In this document: positions 18,341 to 32,734 of the stretch, one piece after another
Numbering within the stretch: the first letter of the stretch is position 1
Layout of the letters: every line of letters starts with the position of its first letter
Assembly: GCA_951406725.2 (NCBI GenBank)
Contig: OX597819.1
Location: forward strand, 123,442,001 to 123,506,000
DNA length: 64,000 nucleotides
Direction of reading: 5' to 3'
DNA from: Octopus vulgaris
Taxonomy: Eukaryota
Notes under the pieces: model-generated
The model's database searches: none
The model's input: only the letters and a program-made list of their open reading frames with translations
What the model was told of the DNA's origin: nothing
Made by a program: the position numbers and the translations under genes

Positions 18341-19495
18341 CTGAAAACATACAAAATAAAATTAACAAGTTTTGCAAACTTTTTCAGAGTCTGAGTTATT
18401 TTAACATACAGCTGCCGTATGTGGTATATGGAAACCGTAAACATACATTCTTTACATGAATTTCTGATTTATAACTGTAATACAAATAGGTTTAAGGTTT
18501 GCAATGACACGTTCATTGTTAGTTTTATTATTAGCGTTTTACATTAATAAATGACAGACACATAACTAGACAAATAACACAGAAAATGTTGGAAAATTAG
18601 GAAAATAATATAAAATCATTTGGTAATGGGAACAAAATCCCATTTAGCAAAAGGGAACGTATAATCTATAAGGGGACATATAACCCAATGTATTATGTAT
18701 TTAAAATTGTAGGGAGTTATTTTACATGAATATTGGTTGTAATTCTATCCGATAAAGCATGGTTTTATGAATGAGTGCTTCACTAAAGTACCCAGGCTTC
18801 CCATCCACGGAAACATAATTTCAACCCCTCCTAGTCAATAGTCGCAAATGCATGATTCCAAACAAGATACCATACATCTTGTACAAATAAAGATTTCATA
18901 CACAGATTGCTGAAATGACGCACTGCATCCCTTTTTTTTTATCCTCAGGGAAAACCACTAAAACTACACTCACATAGACACAGAGGCGAAAACAAAAAAC
19001 ATTCATCACCCGTTCAGATCGCATTGACTACAATAAAGGAGCAAAAGGCATTTTTCTCAATGATTCCTATGAAAATCTCAATCTGAAGCACTTATAGAAA
19101 TAAGCTGCCAAGAGAGAAACAAAAACATTCATCGGGTGAATCAAAAGACTTTATTAACAAATCCTCCATTTAAAATACAACCGCCAACAGCAGCATAAAA
19201 GTACTGAGTAGGGAAATCAGCATCTGCAGGTCAGCTTGTACACCTACATCCACAATCAAAGAGCTGTTGTGGTAATCTGGGTAAGCAAAACATGAAACAG
19301 TTCCCGAAAGTGTTTTACTTATGTGCCAACAAACATAGTAACGTTCTCTCATCAGTTGGTCTATTAATTAGCATTCTCCCACATGACGCTGAAGAAACGA
19401 CGGATGTTCTGCAGAAAAAGTACTTCTCTGTCTTTAGCGATCTCCAAGATATTGACGCAAAGCTTCTGAACGAGCTCATTCCTCAACATATTACC

Positions 19496-19836
19496 TATTC
19501 CTTTATTACCCACAAGGGGCTAAACACAGAGAGGACAAACAAGGACACAAAAACGGATTAAGTTGATTATATCGACCCCAGTGCGTAACTGGTACTTATT
19601 TAATAGACCCCGAAAGGATGAAAGGCAAAGTCGACCTCGGCAGAATTTGAACTCAGAACGTAGCGGCAGACGAAATACCGCTAAGCATTTCGCCCGGCGA
19701 GCTAACGTTTCTGCCAACTCACCGCCTTTAAAAGGCGAAGTCGACGCCAGCGGAATTTGAACTCAGAACGTTGCGACGGGCGAAATATTGCGAAGCATTT
19801 TGTCCAGCGTACTGACGACTCTACCAGCTCGCCGCT
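19496..19836 (-). mobile_element. Same SINE family, monomer plus extra head fragment
   Basis: Sequence match; TSD cctcaacatattac. Confidence 0.85.
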
Positions 19837-19849
19837 CCTCAACATATTA

Positions 19850-21100
19850 CTTTGGACCGAACTTTCACCCCCACAGACACCATAGCATCAATAAATGATG
19901 TCATGCACTATTCTTCTGTAGGACCTGATAGATTCGTCCCTAGTGTCCCTAAAGGAATGTAGATATCGACTTGCTACCCATCTAACCAACCTCTGGAGAA
20001 ATTCTTTACACTCAAGCTATGTACCGGAAAAGTTCCTATCGCAAACTATCGTCCCGATTTTCAAAATGGGAAACACGTCTCTCACAGAAAACTATTTCCC
20101 AATCTCACTCACCTCTCATAATATCAAAGTGTTTGAAAGTGTGGTGAGATCGAGGATAACTGGCTTCCGGGAAAGACAGCAGTGACATCATATCCAAGAT
20201 GTCCTCAAGGCTTTGGGATCACATTCGAACTCTGATGTCATATATTTTGGTTACAGTAAAGCGTTAGACAGAGTTGACCACAATATCCTCGTTTCAGAAT
20301 TGTCAAATATTAGAATTAGAATCCATTTGAAGCTACTACGCTGAATCATTTCCTGGTGAACAAAGGACATGTTGTGATCGTTGGATTCCATTCAAGTCCA
20401 GCAAGAATCAACAGGCAACTATTTGGGATTCATGAAACCCAGCAAATTAAGGATATTTGCAGATGACTCTGAGCTCCAGAAAATTATCAATACATCTTGC
20501 TCTCTGAAATTTGCGGTTCAGCGAGCAAGATGTCAGCTTTCCCTTTGTACAGACACACCAAGAATACTGCTGCACTATGTGGTTACCCCACAACAAACAA
20601 AGCAGTACGAGAACTGAGTCACTCCAGAGAGTGTTCACAAAAAATAAATGGCATGATTGATCAGGATTTCTGTATCTTTATTCTTCCCAGCGTCATTGTG
20701 AGCGTTACTACACTTGCACAATTTGGAGGATTTAACACCGGAATTGCCCAAACGACCTTAAGATCAGATTCAGAATTTGTCCAATGCTGATGTCACGTGA
20801 CATACGCCCCCTACACATTTCAGGCTCATAACACATAAATTAATCACAATACAATTGCTTCCCCTCAAGAAGCCTTACTCTATTGAACATCAACAGAAAA
20901 CAAATCAGAGAAAAAGATCCCATTACCCTAAAACGAAACGTAGACAAGGTTCTTCAAGGGATATCAGATAAGACACTCTTAACTGGACACATCAACAACA
21001 ACCACGTACTTGAATGGGCCACATGCAGCAACATTTGTCTTTAAAATGACTTAGCAGATCCTATCAGGTGGTGCAATTAAATTAAACATGACCGGAGTCA
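19850..21100 (+). mobile_element. Degraded LINE RT remnant
   Basis: TIVPIFKMG...ENYFPISLTSHNIKVFESVVR; SKALDRVDH; LRIFADDS. Confidence 0.75.
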
Positions 21101-21199
21101 CTCTTTGAGCGAGACTTATCTAAGTTAAGTTATATATACAAGAAATTACAATAAACACAAATTCATATTATTTGTTGCTACGTATATTGCTTTACAGAT

Positions 21200-21715
21200 T
21201 TTGAAAAGTGATGGGCCCTCAAAACCCAAGTATTAGATGGAGCGGACAATGCCTTGGTACAACATAATGGCATCACGTACGGGAACTTTTACATTGCCTG
21301 AAGCCGAAGTCAGGTACAAGCACTTGAGGAATTTTCCCCAAAGAAGTAGAGCCGTAGTTTTGTCAGCTTCTGCCTGTACTTCACCTGTGGTACAAACGGT
21401 TTACTATAGCATAGCAGCGTTGGATCGCTTTAAGCTCCGGTGTTACTTTGACACTATGCATTTACCACAGCTGAGAACAATAGTCAAGGAGCCGAAAACA
21501 AAGGGGTTCCACAGGGCCAACTTGAGATCTTAGTCTCTTGTCCTGAAGGACCGTAGTATCCATCCTGCCAAATGTATATACTTTGTCGCTATTTTGACAA
21601 AGTCCCACTGTGTGTCTGGCTGCTGGGTCCTGGATATGCAGCCTGTGGTGCATTTGAAATTTGGCAGCATTGAACTGCAAATTGGACTGTTCAACCTACT
21701 TGTATAATGCATTTA
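21200..21715 (-). mobile_element. Degraded LINE remnant
   Basis: MQFNAAKFQ...RLLDYCSQLW. Confidence 0.6.
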
Positions 21716-21870
21716 GGAGTGGGTATGTGGTAAGTAGCTTGCTTACCAACCACATGGGTCCGGATTCGGACACATTGTGTGACACCTTGGGCAAGTGTCT
21801 TCTACTACAGCCTCGGGCCAACTAAAGCCTTGTGAGTGTATATAGCATAACGGAAACTGAAAGAAGCCCG

Positions 21871-21917
<47 letters not shown>

Positions 21918-22896
21918 CGTGTGTGTGTACGTATGTGAGTACGAATGTGTGTGTATATGTTTGTCCCCACAACATCACTTAACAACCGATGCTAGTGTGT
22001 TTACGACCCCATGACTTAGCGGTTCAGCAAAAGAACCGCTAGAATAAGTACTAGGCTTACAAAGAATAAGTCCTGTGGTCGATTTGCTCGACTAAGACGG
22101 TTCTGTAGCAAAGCTGTAGTCAAACGACTGTAATAAAAAAAGAATAAAGAGAGAGTATTTATATATGTGTGAGTGATTATGTGTGTGTGTGTGTGGGTGT
22201 GCATTGTTTATGTGTAGAAATGTTGTTTTCTTTTGGGTGTTTATGTATGTGTGAATGTGTGCGTGTGTGTGTGTTTGTTTGCGTGTTTGTGTATGTTTGT
22301 TGCATGCATGTGGTATTTGGAATATATGTGTGTGTGTGTGTTTGTTTTAAGTATTTATGTATGGTTGTTGTATATTTGTGGTATATGGTATTTGGTAGTT
22401 TCTTGCTAAGAATGAAATGTTTCTGTGGGTTGTGGTTGAGTATCTGCGGCTGCTGGATGTGGTGTTTCCTCTGTGTTGTTGTCATGCTGAGTGAGTGTGT
22501 TTATGAATGAGGGTTGTATGTGTGTGTGTGGGAGTATGAATAAGTAATGTGTAGAAGTATACGGCTACTTTATTAATTTATCGTTGCCTAGATGTTTATG
22601 TGTATGTATAGAGATATATATATGGGTGTGTGAGTTAGTGTATGTATTTAGATATGTTTATATATATACTTAGATATATGTGTATGAGCATGTGTGTATA
22701 TATATTTTATTTTTTACTTCTTGCTTTTTGAAATTAGATTCTTCATCTTTAAATATGAGAACTTAAATACTAGGTTTCATTATATTCAATTGTTTATAGA
22801 GGTTATTTTAGTTCATTGATAAATTTATATTATTTATATTTTTTAGTCATTTTAAATTTATATCTTAAAAATATTGATTATTTTTAGATCTGAAAA

Positions 22897-22942
22897 CCAC
22901 CTGATGGATGTCCTTAGAAGAGACACGAAACAATTGTAGTGG
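22897..22942 (+). ncRNA. Minimal type I hammerhead-like motif (core variant CTGATGG)
   Basis: CCAC-CTGATGG-ATGTC...GACAC-GAAAC AATT GTA^GTGG. Confidence 0.55.
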
Positions 22943-23125
22943 CTAATTTAATTTTATTTAATTTATATAAAAAATTTTATGTATTGGATTAAGTCTTTCT
23001 TTGTTTGATTTGCATAATAGTTGTTTTGTCTCTAATTAATATTATATAATATTTTACTATAAAATTGGATTCAATCCTAAATCTGATTTTTCCCTGTAAA
23101 TTTGGATTTATTCCCTAATATTTAT

Positions 23126-23186
<61 letters not shown>

Positions 23187-23197
23187 TGGGTAAAGAT

Positions 23198-23258
<61 letters not shown>

Positions 23259-24453
23259 GTATGTATAAATCTTTGCCCGTAAATAGGTGAATGTAACCCA
23301 GAAAGTTATCAGAAGGTATTATTCAAACGTCGAAACATTATTGGGGAATTAGAAAAATATAAATAATTATAATATTCGAAAAACGAAGACATAAAAAGCG
23401 TCATCAGATGCATTTGTAATCATAAAACGGAATGAATGAAAGAATATCCTCACCTTATACACATGACTTTACTAACGCTTACCATTGAATGCGGCGACTT
23501 TTCCAGTTCATTATTACATAGTACTAATAAAGCATTAAGTTGTGATTTTCAATGTTCTATATATTAACAAAAATAGAAGTGTTTGCTTATTAATTCAAGT
23601 CATGATATTGCTCGCACGAATTTTCGTTATTGAAGTGGATCAGTAAATTCTCTACTGGTCCTTCTACATATATCTGGAGATAGAAAGAAATCATGTGATA
23701 GCATGTTTAATAGAACTTTGTCTGAACTTGCTTTAGTAAATTCATTATCACAATAAGGTAACAAGAAAAACGAGCGAATATGTCATCTTTCCTCAACGGG
23801 TAAAATTTTATTTCTATGAAAAACAAAATCCGGTTGAATAAAGAACATATATGTAAAGGACACGTATGTTTAAATCATAATAACTCATTTCAAAAATAGA
23901 TAGGTAAATGGCGACTCTCATAGAAAAACTTCAAAGAAAAGGCCTTCAAACTTACCGGTTTCATTTTCGATTTTCTTTTCCATGTTTTATTTTATTTCAA
24001 ACTTCGTTGTACTTGTTATGATGTTATATACTTCATTTTAATTTCTTCAATGGTAACTTTTGAGCTGAGTTTATCGGTGAACGAGTTCTCACTGTGCATG
24101 CTATTGTTCATTCTTCTCTTCTTTTCATATCTCATTACTTTACTTTCTTTAATAATAGAGTAATGATTTAGAATACCGGTGTATAAGTTACTTCTTAACT
24201 GTTTATAAAATACCCATGAAAAATATAATTTTGTTATATAATTATTCATTTTTAATGCATTTGTTTTTAATTTAGTTGATCTGAACTTCGTGAAGTTATT
24301 TAATATATTTTAAAATTTATTTGTACACTTATCTACTGAATTTTCTTCTAATTTCGTTCTCTAAACGTTTTTTATTAACTGTTACCTGTTTCATTTATTT
24401 CGTAAACGAAGATTGGAATGGTGAAATTCTTAGTCAGGAACTTTAAGATTAAG

Positions 24454-24524
<71 letters not shown>

Positions 24525-25599
24525 GTATGATTAATTTATGAAATGAAGTTCTACAAATCCAATCAGATTTGTCAAAAATGGAGGAGATATGATGTTAAAG
24601 AATTGTAGGAAGTTTATTCATGCATACAATCGTTTCATACATAGATACAAATTCATTTTATAATTTTCAAATATCAAAGTACTCATCAGTCCAGAGGAAA
24701 AAAAACAATAGGAACCTAAAAAAAGAACAGAGAAGTTGATGTATGAGTTTCATGTTCACCTGTTCCTATCTATGTGTGATAATGACGGGTGTCACGTGAA
24801 TTATTAAACCACAACTAACGGATGATCGGTATTGGATGATATAAATATAGAGATATCGGCAAATTTCTCTCTATAGATTAGTATAGATTTGGATATTAAA
24901 TCTCTATATATGCCGGTCACTCTGAACGAACATCATAAGTTGTAGCTTTATATAATTCAGTGAACGTAAGAGAGAATTTTTTCCACGGTAACTGTAGTGT
25001 ATTTGCCCTTTAGCATATATCAACTAACCTAAATTCTGCTCATACCTAAACACTGCTTTGCACCAATGCTTCGTTATGTGTCTTCATCGGGCGATCTACT
25101 GGCGCAAATCAGACAACGTGAAGACTGAATTATATATAAAGCTACAGCTTTATAAAGTTCGTTCAGATGTACCTCTCTTAAGTGCATGTCAGTGACAAGA
25201 GTAAAAAAAAAAACTCGAAACATCGATGTATGAGATTCCTAACAGATGCCGACACTGAACGAACTGCGTATTTTTTCACCTTTTTAAAATAAGAGAGATT
25301 TTTTCTCCACAGGTAACTACACTGTATTTGTCTTTTAGCAGCTGAAATATGTGACAAAACATATTTCATCTCACATAAATTCTGCTCATACCAACACTGC
25401 TTTGCCCCGAGTCTTCGTTATATATATATATGAGGGCGGCTTGTCCGCAATTTTTCAGCCGAAAGGTTAAATTATTTGTCACTCTGGCATCACTGTTGCT
25501 AGAAACAAGAGTCAAAACAACTCATGCATTTATATTTACAGACACAGACACACACACATATAATGTTATATTAAATTGAATTATTATCTACTCTACGCA

Positions 25600-25975
25600 C
25601 AAGGTCCGAAACTTTTTGGGAGGGAGCCAGTCGATTAGATCAACCCCAGTACGCAACGGGTTCTTAATTTATCGATCTTGAAAGGATAAGTGTCAAAGTC
25701 GACCTCATCGGAATTTGAACTCGGAACGTAAAATACAGACGAAATACCTGTTTATTTATTACCCACAAGGGGCTAAACATAGAGGGGACAAACAAGGACA
25801 GACATAGGTATTACGTCGATTACATCGACCCCAGTGCGTAACTGATACTTAATTCATCGACCCCGAAAGGATGAAAGGCAAAGTCGACCTCGGTGGAATT
25901 TGAACTCAGAACGTACCGACAGACGAAATACCGGTAAGCATTTCGCTCGGCGTGCTAATATTTCTGTCAGCTCGG
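25600..25975 (-). mobile_element. Same SINE family, dimer-like copy
   Basis: Sequence match, same internal junction. Confidence 0.8.
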
Positions 25976-26540
25976 CAACTTATTTACTTTATTGTATTGT
26001 ATTATATATATATATATATATATACATTCCGATCTTACAATAGTTTTCACACTGTATATCAAACCGGATGTTACACAGCAGCCCGCTTATGTATCTCTAT
26101 ATTTATTAGAGCTGTCAGATGAGCGTAAGGTTAGATAATCAGTCTGTCATATACCATCAAGTTTAACACCTAGTGCGAAATCGATTCGTAGGTTAAGTCG
26201 TAATATACAAATAACACTAGACACTTCGATTAATATACACACACTATTGAAAAATATACGAGTACATATTTTTTCAGACATAAATGTTAAGTCACCTATC
26301 TTTTATCATTTATTTATTACGTGTTTCAGTCATTAGATGGCGACCATGCTGAAAAGTTTATAGTCGAATGTATAGACCCAAATACTTTACTTTTTCTGTA
26401 AGCATAGTACTTATTCTATCTTACTATTTTGGTGAACTGCTACGATAGTGGATATATATATATACCAACAGCGGTTGTGAAGGGATAGGGCAGGGACAAA
26501 CACATATACTCATACGTAGAAAGAAATATGCATACATACT

Positions 26541-26584
<44 letters not shown>

Positions 26585-26590
26585 TATATA

Positions 26591-27866
26591 CAGGGTGGAG
26601 AAGCAAAATTTACAATGAACGGTAAGTTGTTTTTTCTCAGGAGGCACTAAGTCAATTGTTTTGAAACCTAGCATATATTGATGTCATACTCATACCTAAC
26701 ACTATTATCCTTACCCTTTCAGAAACTTTTGCCCATATGAGTAATCAAGAAAGCAAAAGTCAAAGAGTGTGTGATTTGTTGAATGCACTCGTCACACCAA
26801 AGGTGATTTCAAAAATAGTTGGAGTGCCCATAAAGACTATATATAATGTAAAGAATAGAATGACTATCAGCAAAACTATTACGAGGAAGTCTAGAAGTTG
26901 AGGAATCAACAAAAAACGTACCAAAGCTTTTATTAAAGCTCTCAAATCCAAAATCCTAAAGGATCCAACCAAATCCATGAGAAAAATGGCAATTGAACTT
27001 GAGGTAGACAACAAGACCATTAGAAATGCTGTAAAATATGATTTGAGGTTAAAATCTTACACAAGAACACCAAAACACTTGTTGACAACAGCTATGAAGG
27101 AAAAGAGATTGGAGAGATGCAAGAAAATTATTACATGATTCAAGAAAAAGTCCTCCATTGTAACGATCTTTTCAGATGAAAAGATCTTCACTGTCGATGC
27201 TGTTCTGAACCGCAGAAATGACAGATTTATTGCAAAATCGACAGCTGAGGTTAAGGGAACATTCAAAACAAAATACCCTGCTCAAGTTATGGCTTTTGGT
27301 GTTGTGGCTTCCGATGGAAAGCAAATACCTATAAAATTCTACAAAGCTGATGAAAAGATCAATGTTAATACTTACTACAAGACTCTGAGATACCAGGTAT
27401 TGCCATGGCTTAAAGCAAACTACCCAGATGGTAATTATGTATGGACACAGGATGGTACTCCAACACACACAAGATTTCTGCAAATCCAACTCTAGCAATT
27501 TTTTGGAATCATGTTTATGGCCGCCTTCTAGCCCAGATGTAAACACTCTGGATTATGCTATTTGGGGCGTTTTGGAACACGCTACCAATAGAACATCACA
27601 CAGCAATATCGACTCTCTTAAAGATACTATTAAAGAAGAATAGGAGAAGTTGTCTCCCGAATATTTGAGAAACGCCTGTGCAAGTTTCAGGAAGCGTGTG
27701 AAGGCAGTTATTGAGAAAGAAGGAGGACACAAAGAATAAAAATATTTTCTATTATGTAAATTGTCTTGTGGCAAATAAATTCCCATGACTTTCAATAAAC
27801 AAATTGGTCATACACTGTCTTTCAATCCCTGCCTCAAAATATTGTAAATTTTGCTTCCCCACCCTG
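26591..27866 (+). mobile_element. Full-length Tc1/mariner-superfamily element, maT/DD37D-like, inactive transposase (~26737-27738)
   Basis: TIRs CAGGGTGG(A/G)GAAGCAAAATTTACAAT, TA flanks; motifs FSDEKIF, WTQDG, WPPSSPDVNTLDY with stops and frameshifts. Confidence 0.92.
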
Positions 27867-28573
27867 TACATACAGGAGCATTCCGTCGGTTACGACGACG
27901 AGGGTCTCAGCTGATACGATCAATGGAACAGCTTGTTCGTGAAATTAACGTGCAAGTGGCTGAGCACTCCACAGACACGTGTACTCTTAACGTAGTTCGT
28001 AGTTCTCAGGGAGAGTCAGTATGACACATAGTGTGACAAGGCTGGTCCTTTGATATACAGGTAAAACTCATTTTTACCAGCTGAATGGACTGTAACAACG
28101 TGAAATAAAGCGTCTTGCTCAAGGACACAACGCGTCACCGGAAATTGAACTTATGACCTTACGATCGTGAGTCGAATGCCCTAACCACTAAGCCATGCGA
28201 CTTCACTAAATATATACAAACATATAACACGACGCGCTTCTTTCAGTTTCCGTCTACCAAATCCACTCACAAGGCTATGATTGACCCGAGGCTATAGTAG
28301 AATATACTTACCCAAGGTGCCACACAGGGTGTCTGAACCCAGAACCATGTGGTTGGGAAGTAATCTTCTGATCACAAAGCCATGCCTTCATCTATATATA
28401 TTTGTGTGTGTGCGCGTGTATGTGTGATCCCTGCTGTACTCGTTTCCCACTCTTTCTTCTGTTGGCATGCTCGCTTAGCCAGCGGGGTGGCGTCATTCGA
28501 AGGCTAAAACAATGCGTACGCATTGTGACCAGCGATGTGTAACAACATCTGATGGTCTGGTCGGTCACGTTAT

Positions 28574-28629
<56 letters not shown>

Positions 28630-28699
28630 AGTGTTTTGGAAATTCCTTGATACAGATATATTATTTGGAGGGGAGACTTTTTGTCAAAGCGTTAAGATT

Positions 28700-29350
28700 G
28701 AGAAGAGAACCTTTTTAGAAAGTCTAAAGGCACTAATCCTCGGGAAGAGCTTTAACAAAATGTGAGTGACTTTTGTTTTCATAGAAGTGCAAGCGCTTTC
28801 AGTTCTTAACGTTTTCAACCACGTGTTACTATGTATAGTGGAAGTTGCTTTCAGTAAAATTGTTGTTGACTGTTTCCGGTTTAGTTTCGGACTCAGAAGT
28901 CTTATGAAATATCCTTCTTTTACCTTCCGGAGAAGGTGGTTCTCTTCATTTATTTTATGAAAAATGAACATTTTAAATTTTCCTTGTGCGCAGGTGTCCA
29001 AATGATCACTGCATGGTATACATCTAAGTGCAGGATATTTTATTTGATGTCTGTACACATTTAACCGGTTGGTTAGTTTCGTTTTAGTTTCTCCAATATA
29101 ATGATCGTTGCATCGGGGGCACGTGATACAATCTATCAGGTTTTTGCTTTTACAGTTCATATTTGCGGTCACATTTAATTCGCTTCCATTCTTAAATTTT
29201 TTAGCTGGTCCCTGTTCTATTAAATCACATTTGGTAATTTGCATAATTTCTTCCTCTGATGCAAATCTTGCTTTGGTTAGACGTTTCTTAAGATTTGGCG
29301 GTTGCCTTCGGCTGTTGATTGTTTCTTGTTGATTATTTGTTATTGTTTGG
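28700..29350 (-). mobile_element. Penelope-like element: GIY-YIG endonuclease fragment
   Basis: MNCKSKNLIDCITCPRCNDHYIGETKTKLTNRLNVYRHQIK...EGYFIRLLSPKLN in ORF 28684-29544. Confidence 0.85.
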
Positions 29351-29559
29351 GACAGGACAGGTAGTTGCTCATTTTTCGGGGAAGGGATGAATAAATATAC
29401 AAAAGCCCAAAAGCTAAAATAGTGAGATGAAATATTTACAGTGATGTGTATGTGAACACGAATTAAAATATATACTGCGTTCAAATTTTGGCGTGTTCTG
29501 TATTTTTCGATAAATAAATTTTCTTTCTGTAAACGTTCTTGCAAAGAAATTAGATTTTG

Positions 29560-29840
29560 GATAAGAGAAATGTAGAAAAGATATCTGGATGACTGCTTTA
29601 TCGATAATCTCTTGGAATTTAAACCATTACTAAAAAAACATAAACCTTAACATTTAATTCACAATCGAATATAGCAAAGAACAGCTCCCTTTCTTATATA
29701 TTATGATAAAAATGTCAACAATCAAACCGTAACTGAGATTTATCGAAACAGTATCTTCTCTTTAGCTCATTACACCCGAAACATATCAAAACGAATATCC
29801 CCTTCAACTTAGCAAAAAGAATTTGCACAACCGTGTCTGT
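29560..29840 (+). mobile_element. Penelope-like reverse transcriptase fragment (paralogous copy ~53465-53700)
   Basis: Degraded KRYLDDCFI...FTIEYSKEQLPFL...HPKHIKTNIPFNLAKRICT. Confidence 0.75.
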
Positions 29841-30660
29841 TATATTTCGTGTGGTCAATTCAATGGTTGTTATATTCCATGTGGTTAAATTCAACAATAT
29901 AACCAATCAAATATTTTTATCAAACGGGTAAATACTCATACAGATTATTAAGCAAGATAATGGAGCGGAAGCATGCCAATTGTTAGTTTCACTCTAATAT
30001 TTTAATGACTACAATCTACAAAAATAATTAATATTGTGCATGCCCCGTGTCCCTTCATTCATCTTAATTTTTGACTTATATATTTTTTACTTTCAATTTA
30101 TTTCTCCTCTTTTTCATATTAATCCCTTTGTTTCAAATAGAATATATATACAAAGTTTTCTCTAGTTCCGTTTTTCCTTTCTCGATTAGTTTTACTTCAA
30201 AGTTTTAACGACAAATAAATGAAACTGTTTATTATAGAGTGGAGGAGGGAGATTTTTAAAATATTGAAAAGTAAAAAGTGGATTACGTTGGTTGGAGAAA
30301 GTAAGATATATAATTGACGTCCATACATTATACAACTGTATTATATAATATAGATTAATACAGGTATGTGAAATAATCTATTATGTATTAATCTATTTAT
30401 TTATTTATTCATATATTTATTTATGATATCATAAAATAAATTGTTTCAATATGATAAAGGCTGCGAAACGATCATCGCTCTATAGATGTCAAGTACATAT
30501 CTTACGTTCTTCCGCCACCATAATCCAGTTTTTAGTATTCAATATTGTGTTAAATCTCCCTCCTCCCATCTATAATAAATCATTTCCCTTATGTTTTTGC
30601 TGATTCTCATCTATATATCAGTATTTCAATGTAATCTCTCTGCGTTATACATGTATGTGT

Positions 30661-31046
30661 GGAGGCGCAATGGCCCAGTGGTTAGGGCAGCGGACTCGCG
30701 GTCATAGGATCGCGGTTTCGATTCCCAGACCGGGCGTTGTGAGTGTTTATTGAGCGAAAACACCTAAAAAAGCTCCACGAGGCTCCGGCAGGGGATGGTG
30801 GTGATCCCTGCTGTACTCTTTCACCACAACTTTCTCTCACTCTTACTTCCTGTTTCTGCTGTACCTGTATTTCAAAGGGCCGGCCTTGTCACTCTCTGTG
30901 TCACGCTGAATATCCCCGAGAACTACGTTAAGGGTGCACGTCTCTGTGGAGTGCTCAGCCACTTACACGTTAATTTCACGAGCAGGCTGTTCCGTTGATT
31001 CGGATCAACCGGAACCCTCATTGTCGTAACCGACGGAGTGCTTCCA
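30661..31046 (+). mobile_element. SINE family 2 copy
   Basis: Sequence match; TSD acatgtatgt; absent in unit 2 (~54910). Confidence 0.9.
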
Positions 31047-31659
31047 CACACATGTATGTATTGGGGCGATGAAATGAAAGTACAAGAATTCACACTGCAA
31101 TTAATTTATGTATTATACAACTGCATTATATGATATATATTCATTCAGTTATGTAAAACGATTTATTATTTACTTATTTATTTTTTATACAATAAAATAA
31201 ATTGCTTTCATATGATAAAAGGCTGCGAAAACATCAGCGCTGTATGGATGTCAATTGGTGAAATAATATTTTCCTTTTATACTTGCACTTTTATATTTTA
31301 TAACCTTATACATAGATATGTGTGACTATGCGTGTGTGTGTGTGTATATGTATATAAAAAATACAATTGGGACAAGAACGCAAAACATCCAAATAAACGA
31401 TACAAAAAACACGGACGGGTCATTCGAAGCCTTTAATCTTCAGTCAAGAACCGGATCATCCTCGCAATTTCGGCTGATTAATCTTGAGATTGCTCCAATC
31501 TGGCCAGCCCCAAAGAAAAACTAAGCTTAGAGCATTAGATTCCTCGGGGAAAAGATCGAATGTGTACGAAACAAGGACAGAAAAACGGACGATGTTAAAC
31601 GAATATAAATACCAAAAAAAAACAAAAAATAATACGAATATAAATACAAAAACAACAAC

Positions 31660-31661
31660 AA

Positions 31662-31704
<43 letters not shown>

Positions 31705-31714
31705 GATAATAATG

Positions 31715-31791
<77 letters not shown>

Positions 31792-31835
31792 AAGAAGAAG
31801 AAGAAGAAGAAGAAGAAGAAGAAGAAGAAGAAGAA
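31660..31835. repeat. Compound (AAT)n(GAA)n microsatellite
   Basis: Direct inspection. Confidence 0.95.
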
Positions 31836-32164
31836 TAACAACAGGACATAACAACAGGCATCTTTCGACTGGGGACGAATTGAATTCAGCTGGCGTATTG
31901 AGTGAGAATTAAGCCTTACGGCAGACAAAAGCAATGATGTTACCGTACCCGTGTGTATATATGTACGTATATTAATATATAACACGCTTGATCGACTTTA
32001 CCTACAGCGCTATCTTCATATCAGCTCAAGTGTATTTCTTTTGTTGCTCACTACATCCCGTCGTCCTAGTCCACTTAGCTCATATCGTTTGATCAAAAAG
32101 TGTTTTCTGTATTGAGCGTCTCTAGATTTCACTTATTTGCTGTATATATATATATATATATGTG

Positions 32165-32480
32165 AGGGCGCGTGGCTTAGTGGTTAGGGCATTCGGCTCA
32201 TGATCGTAACGTTGTGAGTTCGATTCCCGGCGACGCGTTGAGTCCTTGAGCAAGACACTTTATTTCACGTTACTCCAGTCCACTCAGCTGGCAAAAATGA
32301 GTTGTACTTGTATTTCAAAGGGTCAGCTTTGTCACTCTCTGTGTCACGCTGATTATCCCCGAGAACTACGTTAAGGGTACACGTGTCTGTGGAATGCTCA
32401 GCCATTTGCACGTTAATTTCACGAGCAAGCTGTTCCGTTGATCGTATCAGCTGGGACCCTCGTCGTCGTAACCGGCGGAG
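32165..32480 (+). mobile_element. SINE related to family 2 (different head and core, same tail); relatives at 27878-28200 (-) and ~62600-62910 (+)
   Basis: A/B boxes, core TCCTTGAGCAAGACACTT...CCACTCAGCTG, shared 3' tail. Confidence 0.8.
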
Positions 32481-32481
32481 T

Positions 32482-32534
<53 letters not shown>

Positions 32535-32695
32535 AACATCCCAAATGACGAGACTCCTCTGTCTGAGAATTGATTGCTGTACAGTGTCCCTTGAAAAGCT
32601 AATTTAAATTGCGAAATCCATATATAAAAAGATATTAAACTATATGAAACGAAGGCATTTCTCTTCCACTTTTTATGTTTTTTCCACATAGTTTC

Positions 32696-32734
<39 letters not shown>

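Noticed and set aside
28684-29544. Longest ORF (286 aa) as a host gene
   Set aside because: It is a Penelope-like GIY-YIG remnant fused by chance to antisense flanking sequence.
31456-31985. Poly-I/L/R/F ORFs, and the many [12 protein letters not shown] ORFs elsewhere
   Set aside because: Translations of microsatellites.
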